From: the human T2T-CHM13v2.0 reference genome, Homo sapiens
Assembly (NCBI RefSeq): GCF_009914755.1
Contig: NC_060927.1
Reading direction: 5' to 3' (one strand)
Length of the DNA stretch: 64,000 nucleotides
Both the position numbers and the translations under genes were made by a program. Positions 51,813 to 64,000 of the stretch are shown piece after piece. The notes beneath the pieces were generated by a model that saw only the letters and a list, made by a program, of their open reading frames with translations, made no database searches and was not told the DNA's origin. The stretch's first letter is position 1. Each line of letters opens with the position of its first letter.

Positions 51813-53045
51813 CTATTCAACAAATGGTGATGGGATAACTGGCTAGCCATATACAGAAAAATAAAACTAGACTGTTACTTTTCACTATACACAAAAATTA
51901 ACCCAAGATAGATTAGAGACTTATTAGAGACCTCAAACTATAGAAAACCTAGGAAATGCCCTTCTCAACATTGGCCTTGGCAGATATTATGCCCAGGTCT
52001 CCAGAGCAATCACAACAAAAATAAAAATTCACAAGTGAGACATAATTACACAAAAGATCTTCTATACAGCAAAAGAAGCTATCAACAGAGTAGACAGACA
52101 ACCTATAAAATTGGAGATAATATTCACAAACTATGTGTCCAACAAAGATCAAATATCCAGAATCTATAAGAAATTTAAACAAATCAACAAGCAACAACAA
52201 ACTCCATTAAACGTGGCCAAAATACATGAACAGACACTTCTCAAAAGAAGACATATAAGCAACCAACAAACTTATGAAAACAATACTTATCAACAGTAAC
52301 CATCAGAGAAATGAAAATCAAAACCACAATAAATACTATCTCACACCAGACAGAATGGATATTATTAAAATGTCAACAAATAACAGATGCTGGCAAGGCT
52401 GCTGAGAAAGGGAATGCCTATACATTGTTGGTGAGAATGTAAATTAGTTCAGTCACTGTGGAGAGCAGTTTGAAGATTTCTCCAAGAACCTAAAAAAGAG
52501 CTACCACTTGATCCATCAATATCATTTCTGGGTATATATTCAAAGAAATATAGATCGTCATACCCAAAAGACACATGCACTTGTATGTTAATCACTGTGC
52601 TATTTACAATAACAAAGACATGTAATTAACCTAGATGCTCATCAATGGTGTATTGCATGAAGAAAATATGTGGCATATATATACCATGAAATCCTTCACA
52701 GCCATAAAAAGAATACAATCATGTCCTCTGCAAAAAGGGTGGATCTGGAGGCTGTAATCCTAAGTGAATTAATCCAGGAACAAAAGACCAAATACTGAAT
52801 ATTTGAACTTATAAGTGAGAGCTAAGCATTGAGCACCAATGAACATAAACATAGAAACAATAGACCCTATGGAATACAGAGTGGGGAGGGTGAGAAGGGA
52901 GCCTGGTTTGAAAAACTACTATTGGGCACTATGCTCACTACCCGCATCCAACATGTCCATGCAACAATTTTACACATGTACCTCCTGTACCAAAAATAAT
53001 AGCTGAACTTAAAAAAGATAATAATAATAAATAGCAATAACAACA
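51813..53045 (+). mobile_element. L1PA13-17-type 3' fragment
   Basis: ctattcaacaaatggtgatgggataactggctagcc...gaaaaactactattgggcactatgctcactacc; A-rich tail. Confidence 0.85.
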
Positions 53046-53568
53046 ACTCTCTCTCTCTTGCATTGAGCAAAAATTGAAATCTCTGCACAGTTCTCTCAGC
53101 CATCCAGTTGTGTGCATTTTTTTTTTTTTTTGAGCTGCTTGGAGTCTTCCCATGCCTGCATAGTTTGGGAGTCAGTCAATGATTCAAAGACAATTTTGAT
53201 GCAGATACTTCACCTGTTGTGGCAGCCACAAATTCAGCCCATCAGGCCAAAAATCTTTCTGCTTAGGTTCTATTTACATCACACCAAACAGACCAGTGAG
53301 TTCCCTCAATATAAAAAACATATAAGAATCGATTTTTTCCAGTATGCTTTTTTCAAGTGTCGAATTTTTCCAACTTCTACCTGCTTTTATTCATTCTCCA
53401 GAGATTTCAAATAGTAATTAAAAATTTATTTTCAGATTTATTTTATAATTGTTATTTGCAGGAGGTCAATTCAATAAAAGCCACTTTATCATTTTTAAAA
53501 CTAGAACACCTACACTAATTCTTATTTGCATAAAAATTTTTATTAACACTTCAAACACACATTTATGG

Positions 53569-53991
53569 TGATATAGCCTGGATGTGTGTCCCTGCCCAAA
53601 TCTCATATTGAAATGTAATCCCCAATGTTGGAGGTGGGGCCTGCTGGGAAGTGATTGCATTATGGGGCAGATTTCTCAGGAATGTCTTAACACCGTCCCA
53701 CTTGGTACTGTCTTTGGGATAGGGAGTGAATCCTCGTGTGATATAATTGTTTAAAAGTGTGCAGCATCTCCCTCCTTGCTCTCTTTCTCCTCCTCTGGCC
53801 ATGTGACGTGCCCACTCTCCCTTCACCTTTCACCATGATTGTAGTTTCTGAGGCCTCTCCAGAAGCTGAGCAGATGCCAGCATCATGCGTCTTGTACAGC
53901 CTGCAGAACCATGAGCCATTAAGCTTATTTTCTTTATCAATTACCTAGTCTCAGGTGTTTCTTTATATCAGTATGAGAATGCACTAACACA
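53569..53991 (+). mobile_element. MSTA/MSTB MaLR solo LTR
   Basis: tgatatagcctggatgtgtgtccctgcccaaatctc...aattacctagtctcaggt...actaacaca. Confidence 0.88.
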
Positions 53992-53997
53992 TTTAAA

Positions 53998-54420
53998 ATG
54001 TCACATATTCCAGGCACTAAGATAAACTAGTATTTTGGTTCTTAGATAAGGTAGACACAGCAGCAGCTCCCAAGGAGCTTATATATAATGAGAAAGATAA
54101 ATCTATGAAAAGATAATTAAAATATGATAAATGTTATAAAGAGTGAGAAATGACATCAGATGTCAGTACCTAATATAATATGATAGGTCAGAAAACTATG
54201 TTCTCAGCAGGTTAATTTCAAACTGAATGTAAGCTGTGACAAGTTAAAGTGTATGTGGCAAGTGGAAGGGAGATGTTTCTAAGTGGAGGAGGCAAAATGC
54301 GTGCAGATTTTATATGTAAAGTAGAATAAAAAAATTCAAAGAAAAGTGGGAAAAAAACATAATTTGGTTAGAGTGATAAGACTGAGGTTGATAATGGAAT
54401 GAAATAGACCTGAGGATGGA
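53998..54420 (-). mobile_element. L2 fragment
   Basis: ttccaggcactaag...cccaaggagcttat...aaatgttataaagag. Confidence 0.55.
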
Positions 54421-54525
54421 AAAAAAGAGGAGAATTTATTTTCTTCAGAGGTAAAATAATTGCTCTGATTTGACTCACTTATTACTCTATTAGTCATCCA
54501 TTACTTATGAAAATATCATGAAACT

Positions 54526-55400
54526 TTTGCACATTGATTTTGTATCCTGAGACTTTACTGCAGTTGCTTATCAGCTTAAGGAGATTCCAGACACTTCTCA
54601 AAAGAAGACATTGATGCAGCCAACAGACACATGAAAAAATGCTCATCATCACTGATCATCAGAGAAATGCAAATCAAAACAACAATGAGATACCATCTCA
54701 CACCAGTTAGAATGGCGATCATTAAAAAGTCAGGAGACAACAGGTGCTGGAGAGGATGTGGAGAAATAAACACTTTTACACTGTTGGTGGGACTGTAAAC
54801 TAGTTCAACCATTGTGGAAGACAGTGTGGCGATTCCTCGAGCATCTAGAACTAGACATACCATTTGACCCAGCCATCCCATTACTGGGTATATACCCAAA
54901 AGATTATAAATCATGCTGCTATAAAGACACATGCACACGCATGTTTATTGTGGCACTATTAACAATAGCAAAGACTTGGAACCAACCCAAATGTCCATCA
55001 ATGATAGACTGGATTAAGAAAATGTGGCACGTGTATACCATGGACTACTATGCAGCCATAAAAAAGGGTGAGTTCATGTCCTTTGTAGGGATATGGATGA
55101 AGCTGGAAACCATCATTCTCAGCAAACTATCGCAAAGACAAAAAACCGAACATCGCATGTACTCACTCATAGGTGAGAATTGAACAATGGGAACACTTGG
55201 ACCCAGGGTGGGGAACATCACACACCGGGGCCTGTCGTGGGGTTGGGGGAGGGGGGAGGGATAGCATTAGGAGATATACCTAATGTAAATGACGAGTTAA
55301 TGGGTGCAGCACACCAACATGGCACATGTATACATATGTAACAAACCTACATGTTGTGCACATGAACCCTAAAACTTAAAGTATAATAATAATAAAAAAA
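54526..55400 (+). mobile_element. Young L1PA (about PA3-5) with a short 5' inversion
   Basis: Antisense ORF2 54526-54586 then sense 54588-55400; perfect 17-bp TSD gaaaatatcatgaaact at 54509-54525 and 55401-55417. Confidence 0.95.
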
Positions 55401-55479
55401 GAAAATATCATGAAACTGAATAAAATACTTGACCAAATGACAACTTTAAGTTATCTGTGAGATGACAATGAGAATATAT

Positions 55480-55640
55480 AGCATTTTAAAATTTATGATA
55501 TTATCAGATATTCTTCTGAGTGTACTGTATGTATGCATATTAACTTGTTCAATCTGTATCACCCTCTAAGGATGTAACATTATTATTCCAAATTTGAAGT
55601 TAAAGAAACTGAGATTTTAAGTAATCAAGTTCATTGGCAT
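55480..55640 (-). mobile_element. MIR
   Basis: caccctctaagg...attattattccaaattt...agaaactgag. Confidence 0.55.
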
Positions 55641-57614
55641 AATTGAAAGGTTAAAATAAGAAAAGTCATTTCAAAATTAAAATATTGTCAAATAACAAAA
55701 TCAATACAAACTTGATGTTTTTTTTCTGTTGAATGCATTTCATACAAAGTAGACTTAATACAAGAAATTTTTTATGCAGGTTTTGAAAGACTGAACATTT
55801 TTAGGACAAGTACCAAGATTTGAACCCTATTAGTCTGGCTGACTTTCAGTGTGTGAACTTATACCTACGTCACCACAGCTACCTTTTATGTGTTTGGTTT
55901 ACCACTTCTTTTAAAAAAAATTAAATTATATTAAATTTAAATACTATTTTCAAATGCTTACTTTTTACTTGAGAATGACTCTGCTCTTTGATTTCTTGCA
56001 TTTTTCTGGAAACTCTCCCCAAATTAAAATGACAACTCTATATTTTCCAAAATCATTGTTTTCCTGATTTCAAATTTGAATAATCCTAAACTACTTCTGC
56101 TGCCCACCAAGGAACTTAAAATTAATAGCTAATTACTTTGCAATAGCACCTGCTGATTACATATGAACGCTGTGATGCAAGACACCAACAAGTGCTTATT
56201 AAGAACACTGCCAAAGGTTTTGGCTTGTTCTTTTTAATATTTTTTTTGACTCTATATCTTCATTCTTCCAAGTAGAAACCCTATACTCTATTAAAATTCA
56301 CCAATAATTAAAAGAACATAGCTTTCATCTCATAAAAATGACAATGATTTTTAGATAAATTTATTTATCTATATTACTATTTTTTAATGAGATCCAATGT
56401 TCTTTCTAAACAATCACTGCACGCAAATAATTGAGTGGGTTTTTTGTTTTCATTGCTGTTAACAGGCCTCTCAAGCTGCATTGCCATTTTGTGTGCACTG
56501 CTTTCCAGCAGCTTTCCTATATGCCTGTACTGTTTGTTTATACTCTCCCTTTGTGGCTTGTCCTGATTTACCATATCAGGCTCAATCCTATTTTTCTATT
56601 GAGTTACTTAGTTCTGGACTAAGCCAATTTGATGCCTTGATTTCTTTTTACACTTTCTACATAATTAGCTAATTTTCCCATGTGCCTGTGAAAGTGGCTG
56701 CTTAAGGAACATGAAGTGTACTTGAATTTCTCCAGCTGTTAATCTATTCTTATTATTTTAAGGTTAATATAAAATTTGTCTAAGTTCATTTTGTTCTTAT
56801 TTTTTCCTTTTTGTTAAGCTGGTAGATTGTTATCATTTCTTTCTTTGTTCCTAAATAATAGATTTAGAACTCTATGTATGTGATACTTATTTATTTCTGC
56901 CCCAATCACTCTTTTAAAATCTGTTCTGTGCTTGAGACAAAAACAGGAAAACTGCATGTCCCCAACATTGTTACTACCTAGTTTCTTATTCGGTTCAGGA
57001 TGGGAGGCACTGAGGAAAGATTGAAGCAAATAATGAAGCAAGAATGTACTTGCTTCTTTTCCACCTCTGGAAGACATCCCCTAGAAGCTAAAGATAGGTA
57101 CAGCTGCAGTCTGGGCTCCCATGGGCACTCCAAAAATCACCATCCCATGTTTCCCTAAGGGTCAGTAGATAGTTCCTCATGGCATCTGAGGACATGTGTG
57201 GTCCCCTCATCTAAGCAACTATATTCTGAAAGCACCAATCCTTTTATTTTTCCTCTTGTTATAGGGTTTGTAGCTATATCTTCATTACCACTTTCTCCAC
57301 TTAAAAAGAAAAAAAAATAAGCCTTTCATAATCTGAGTCAATAATTGATTCCTTTCATTAAATCTACTTTGTTTAAAATGCCTCTGGTAGTAGAATTTAA
57401 AGTTCACTTTGATATTTTTTTGTTTTTACATTTCACTTTTATTGATTTTATTATCTTGAAATATTTTCATTCTGAATTTTTTTTCTCATTGTTACCTTTC
57501 AATTATGCCCATGAATATTTATTAATGATTTTTCTACCTGGAATTAGAAACGTTGGCATGTTGCATGAATGAGAATAGTAAAAATATAATAATTTAAAAA
57601 ATAACCGCCCTTTT

Positions 57615-57830
57615 TTAGAGAATACTATATGCTAAGTATAATCTCTTTTTAGAAATATTATTCCATTTAATCTTTATAACAACCTTGTGCAATTATTATT
57701 TCTCAGTGTTAAGGACAGAGGAATTGTGGTCAGAAGTAAAGTGAATTAAGTTCACAGCACTAAGGATTGGTAGAAACTGCTTTTAACCACTGATGTGTTC
57801 ACTTGAACCCTCTGCTTTTCACCACCAGGA
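57615..57830 (-). mobile_element. MIR
   Basis: ccatttaatctttataacaaccttgtg...acagaggaattgtggtcaga...gttcacagc. Confidence 0.55.
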
Positions 57831-59407
57831 GGAAATGCTAGCAGACTTGCAACTTCCAACCAATAATTGTTAAGCCTCCAATAAGACACAAGCATATCCT
57901 CATGCTTCTATTTCAGAGTATGGCCTTTTAAGTAGCATTTTGAAATACTAACATGTTCCAATGAAAGCTTGAAATTTGTAACATCAATTTTCTCAGACAC
58001 ATTTCTACTTTAGATAAAAATGGTAAAACTTAAGCATGCAAATGAAATTTAATATTACATTATCACAGCTCAAGAATTATGATATGAAATTTTAAAAATA
58101 TGAAACTCTTACCCTCAAATTTCTGAACCACTTCTGTGGAACATTGTTTGTTTAATTTAGAAGACATTTTTAAATGTTTAAACATTTATCAACAAAATAA
58201 ACATTTACATTACAATACAGCCAGGATAAACATTCCAAATAATTGAAGGGTTAAACAGATGAAGAGTGGTTTAAATGTAATAGTAAGCATTTTATTTAAT
58301 TTACAAGCATTATAGACTTATTGAAAATAGAATTTTTAGAAATATTTTAAGGATTAGTTTAAACAAATTGCGAAAAGAGAATTTTAATAATTTAAAAATC
58401 CATATGCATATATAAAAAAATTGCCAATATACATTGAAGTGAAAAATTCTACAAGTAAACTATAAATGGTAGCCTGTAATGCAATTGCATTAGGTCACTT
58501 TTCTACAGTTCTAAGCAGTCTTGATTTTCTATTAACTGTGTAAGAAGACTTTACATTCAAAACAAGTAAAAGGTAGGGTTATAATCTTCTAGAAATAAGG
58601 AGGTGCAATTAGTTTAGAAGTATATTTAAAAGTGTACTTAAGTATAGTAAAGTTCTCTGTTATGATCAGAATTAGTAGAGAAGCAGCAATTACTGGAATA
58701 TAAATGGTAGCTTTTTGTGTATTGTAATAGACCAATAATTTGCCCTTAATTTTGACGTTTATAAAATGATGGAATATAAAAATTACTCCCACATTATTCC
58801 ACATTGGATCAAAAATTAAAAGCATAAAACTTTACGTGATGGCCAATAACTAATTTATTGATGATTTTTACTTAAAAAAAAACAAAATATTGATCTGGAG
58901 TGCCTAAATATTTGATGCCATAAATCCAAAGAAACATCAGTGAATCAGATTAGTTTATACCAAGACTTTTCTCTAGTTTTCCATTCAGCTCTTTGGGGAG
59001 CTGTATGTATTCATTGGAGTTACTAATATACTATTCCAAAGGACAGGTGTAATGTTTCAGTGTTCCTTCATTCATTGCTAAAGTTAATTCCTTATTTGCA
59101 ACTGGATAATATTTATACATTATGAAAATCTGGCTCAATAAATATTAGAGGATTGAGAATATTTACTTCCTAATATAAGTATTAACTCCAAAGTATAATA
59201 TGCTCTCTACAAAGTCTTCACACTATTTTATTTCTCCTCTCTTTCTCTGCTGTAGGTAGGAACATAAGCAAAGTTCAGTCATAACTTACCATGTCCCCAG
59301 GTTAACGGGAAAATCAATAGATACAACTAATGTTAAGAACATTTAAATGCAGCCACTACCTTTGATAGGATTCTTACACAATATCTACAACAAAAAATAC
59401 TTGAATA

Positions 59408-59794
59408 CAATCGTGTGTTGCTTAATGACAGAGATATGTTCTGATAAATGTGTTATTAGGTGATTTTATCAAAGTGTGAACATCATAGAGCACATTTATG
59501 CATACCTAGATGGTATAGTGTACTACATACCTAGGCTATATGGTGTAGCCTATTGCTCTTAGGCTACAAACCTGTACAGCATGTTACTGTGCTGAATGCT
59601 ATAGGCAATTGTAACCCAATGGTAAGTATTTGTGTATCTAAACATATAAAAAGTATTATGTTGTGCTAGGATGTTACAATGGCTACAGCATCAGTAAGTG
59701 ATAGGAAGTTTTCAGCTCCATTATAATCTTATGAGACCACCGTGGCATATGTGGTCCATCATTGGCCAAAAGATGGTTATGAGGCACATGACTG
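59408..59794. mobile_element. Tigger3a (TcMar-Tigger MITE)
   Basis: TIRs caatcgtgtgttgc / gaggcacatgactg flanked by TA; internal cctaggctatatggtgtagcctattgctc. Confidence 0.88.
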
Positions 59795-61220
59795 TATTAA
59801 TATAAATCCCAAAAGCTAGCTTATATTTTACCAAATTAAACATACATAATACAGCACATTGTAGAGTTTACAATTTCTGATACACAGGGAGTTGGCAACA
59901 GTGAACTGGCCAGAGGTTTTGAAGGCAGTGTTTATTGACTTTTCTCCTCATCCTTAGTGTGTATTATCCATCCACACTTTGCCATGTAAAAATATAGTAC
60001 TTGTCTCTCAGGCTCAACTATTAATTCTTAAAATATGTCTAACTTTGTTGCTACGACAAAGACATTAATCTATCCTTCTTTTCCCTTCTCTCTCTATTTT
60101 CCAAAATGCAAAACTAAAGTCATTAATTTCTCTATCTAAACAGCAGGCTTTATACCAGGAAAACGACCAAACAAACAAATAAGCAAAAAACAAACAACAA
60201 ACCACGAGAAACAGAAACACTTGAGTAATAAGACAACTTCAAAGATGCATTGGGGAAAATGAGAAGAAAAGTTACCAGATTCAACCATAAGTTTTGAAAA
60301 TTCATAAATAACTCCTCACTCACAGTGATGCATGTCGCCAGCATTGACGGCTTCCTTCCACTGACCTCCACAAAGGATATCAAAAAGTCTACTAATATGT
60401 GTCTATACATCTGCTCTGTATGAAAGTTGGCGATCAGAAAAGTAACACCATTTCACTCACTAGTTTCCTTCAAAAGATAAAGAAGTTCTCTGCTGGCATC
60501 ATCACGATGCATGCATTGCTACCGGGTCAATCTTCATCTTCTGCAATAGTGTGATCACTATTGACACCTGAATTGCTTCTCAAGTTATACCTTCACTTTT
60601 TTCCAGGGGTACGATTCTTAGCAGGAGGCTACTGTTGTGACTACCACTTCCCCAGGATTTAATTTATCTGTATAGTGGTCCAGCAGAGTATGGGTTGACG
60701 AATCCTGCATACAGCCTTCACAGATAATTGCTGCCTAACACCTGTTCGCTAATACATTTGCTGTCAATTCTTGACATTTCTCCTTGAACTTCCCATTTAC
60801 ACATTATGCTCGAGATTAGTATGGTTCTTGAGCCTCAGAAAAGTACACACAGTGCTTCTATCCTTTTCCCTTAAAACCAGGTTTGTTTTCATGGAGCCTT
60901 ATCATACTAGATTTATTTAGGCACTTGACCTAAATCTTGCCTCCTTCTGGCTTGTCATGTATTGCCTTTCTAATGTCTCCAATTTTCAATATATAAGATA
61001 AGAATTTTAATTACTACTATCAAGACATTTTTCACCTTTAAAATTGCTCCATATTTCTGTAAACATTTTCATATATATTTCCTCTGCTACCTTTACCATC
61101 TCTCTGCTTATCTTCACTTCATTCCACTCTTTCTTCCTTTTTATCTTACTGAATAGTGCATATTCTGCACATTGGTTTTTATTCCATTCTCTGGCAGTAC
61201 ATTCTTCTTCATTTCTGTTG

Positions 61221-61429
61221 AAGGGGTCAGGAAACATTTTCTATAAAGGACCAGATAATACATATTTTAGGTTTTGCAAGCCATGCCACATAGTCTATGT
61301 CACAAATCTTCAACTTTGCCTGTGAGTGCAAAATTAGCCACAGACAGTATTTAAATGGATGACCATGGCTGTGTTCCAGTAAAACTTTATTCACAAACAT
61401 AGATGACAAATTGTAGTTTCCTGGCCCGT
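61221..61429. mobile_element. MER58A hAT-Charlie element
   Basis: aggggtcaggaaacattttctataaaggaccagata...catggctgtgttccagtaaaactttatt...gtagtttcc. Confidence 0.85.
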
Positions 61430-63085
61430 ACTCTATACCATATGCTTCTATTTGAAGGGGAAGAATAAATACACTTTCAGGATATTTGATTAGTGTAATG
61501 AAACATTACTAGAACACCAATCACGTTTTTCCCCAATGAACAAAATCCTCTCTTTGCTAGGACTTTTTGGATTCTTCTTTAAAATAAACAAACTAAAACA
61601 AGGACAGCAACAAAAATAAATGTTCAGTTGTATAACAGGGATCAAAGTAATCATAGTTCAAGTTCATTAAAGTTCCAAAATGACCTGCAACCATCATACA
61701 ATCGTGGAAAAAGAACATGTGACATCTAATTTTTCAATGGGAAAAATAAATCTGTCAAACAATTGCTCTGGTAACACCAGTTCTGTATCCAAAGCATCAT
61801 TATCTCTTGAAAAATTTATTTAAGTATGAAAATAATCTTTTATTCTTCCACACGCTATTTTTTCCTATTTATTTGTTTGCCTAATTGCTACCTTGCTGGC
61901 TTTCAATTTCTCCACCATCATTGTACTGACATTTAAGCAGCAGCAGTCTTCCAAGACTTAAAGGGCTTTTGAATTACTCTGCATTTAAAGAGTGATGGTA
62001 GGTAAATCTTACAAGGAAGAAAAACAAGCAAAACAAAACAAAACAATCACCTCACACTGAAACCAATTCCCCCAATCTATTTATTTCTTTATTTATTTAG
62101 AACAAAGATTAATTCACATGATATCATGATTAGATTTATGCTGACAATTTATAGAAGCTATCTACCTTCTCCATATTTGCTATTTGGTTTAGTGTGTAGT
62201 TAAATGCTATAAATGCTACCAAATTTAAAAGGTAGGAAATAGTAGTTTATGAATAACAGCTGTATTGGCTGGCTTTTATACTAAATTAAATAAAAATTCC
62301 TCAAAGTAGATTTGTTTTTCCAATTCTGTACTCCAAGTGCCTTATACATAGTAGCATTCAGAATGTATTAATTGAAGTAATAAGTCAAAAACTTTATAGA
62401 ATAAATTTTTATTAAATATGCATCTCCCTTGATGTAGTTTGTGATTGTATAATATAATCTGAAGACTCTTGCTAACTTTCTCCACCCTATTGCATAAAAG
62501 TAAACAATGATGCCATCTTACTATTCCACATGAGTTACATATCCAGTTATTAGTAGAGATGCTATTCTTTTGAGTGTTATGTGAAGAAACTAAGAGCATC
62601 TTCTACAGAGTTAACTGATAAATTGCACAGGTACTTTCTAGAAGTAAAGAAGATTTCAGGCTAGTATTTTATATCCAGATTATTATGTAACACTATATGT
62701 CACAGTAATTCAATATTCTTTAAAAATGAAAACCCTTAATTGAGTAGAGATAAATTTTACTCTAGATATAGAAAGGAGAGCAGCAGTGACAAATCCTGGG
62801 TAGCTGCTATTCATGGCGTGCCTCAGAGTAATTTAAGAATGACTGGAGTAATACAAATTAAAAAGAGATACCAAAATCTTTTCACTACAAAACGTTTCCT
62901 GTGATGTGATGGTTTTATCCAATTAATAATATTATTAAGGAAACCTGGGAGAATTTTAAGTAAATCCCAATGTACAGATATTGAAGTTCAGGAAATCACT
63001 AATTTAGATCTACTCTTATTTGTGTTTCAAAGTTTTAGGTATACTTTTAAGAAAATATCTTGATATTTGGTCTGAAGGGTAGGGC

Positions 63086-63151
63086 TTTTTAGAGGAAATT
63101 TAGTATTCTAACAAGACTTTTTTTAGAGGAAATTTAGTATTCTAACAAGAC
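63086..63151. repeat. Perfect 32-bp tandem duplication
   Basis: tttttagaggaaatttagtattctaacaagac at 63086-63117 and 63120-63151. Confidence 0.95.
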
Positions 63152-64000
63152 ATTTGTCTTTGTTTAAGGTCATCCTTACAACTTTGAAGAGAGAACATGC
63201 TGACAATTTATGAAGAAAATGTCGTCTAACTACCCATAGAATAGGGCAAACTTACATTACCTGTCAAAGCTACACTGAGAAATGGCAGGAAAAGACAACA
63301 GTACAGAGAGTGTATCTATACTCTTGTAATTATTTTCCCTTATGCTGAATATGCCACTAGAGAGTTAGAAAGAATCAGACTACTTCCCTGAATGGAAAAT
63401 TAACAATGATGACTCTAACAAAGATGTGTAGGTTGCTATTTCAATTATTTTGAAAAAAAAACCATAGTCTTAAGGTATATCAATTTATTCATTAATCACA
63501 TAATCTAATTGGAAAAAATGCACTGAAGCACATCTTCAGTATAAGGACAGTTATTACAAATGCCCAGAACAGTATTTGGATTGCTATAAATGACCAATAA
63601 ATAAATTTGATTTAATTGAACAACTGAATCTACTTAAAATTGAATGGGTTGCCTTGAGTGTTGGTAAGGTTTTTTGTTACTACAATTATCTTATTATTGG
63701 AGGTATTAACAGAAATTCTGGGTGACTATCTTTAATGTATGAAACGTAAAAAATTCCTTCACTGAGTGTGAATTTGAACTAGATTGCCTGCCCAGTCATT
63801 TCTTATTCTGAGAATTGCAGTGCTAGTAAGAGCCTAATAATTATGATGACTCATGTAAAGTTAATCAGATGAGATATTATGCTCTGAATATACGGACAGA
63901 ATGATAATACAGAGAGAATGTCTGTGTACATATATGTACCCATTTTACTTATGATGACATTAATATCTATATAGTTAAGCATAACTTTCATATACCATTA

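Noticed and set aside
55239-55260. G-quadruplex motif ggggttgggggaggggggaggg
   Set aside because: Standard, well-described feature of L1PA 3'UTRs.
60150-60410. 86-aa minus-strand ORF
   Set aside because: No recognisable domain; the C-terminus derives from an (AAAC)n-like low-complexity tract.

Overview
AT-rich primate (probably human/hominoid) genomic DNA made mostly of nested transposable-element fossils. It holds at least five young L1PA copies (two with twin-priming 5' inversions and near-perfect TSDs), older L1PA13-16, a near full-length L1MA, L1MC/ME/M remnants, six Alus, two MER52-type solo LTRs, MST/MLT1 MaLR LTRs, an LTR16 plus ERVL internal provirus remnant, a second ERVL pol fragment, Tigger3a, MER58A, MER5, MIR, L2 and many microsatellites. 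No host protein-coding exon, RNA gene or CRISPR array is supportable; the listed ORFs are repeat-derived or chance. I found no convincing new biological system. The best observations are mechanistic scars: twin priming with large internal gaps, a possible 9-nt 3' transduction, a locally templated insertion, a TSD-less L1 insertion with apparent deletion, and a pseudo-proviral MER52 pair. Subfamily calls come from recalled consensus motifs, and boundaries of old elements are approximate.
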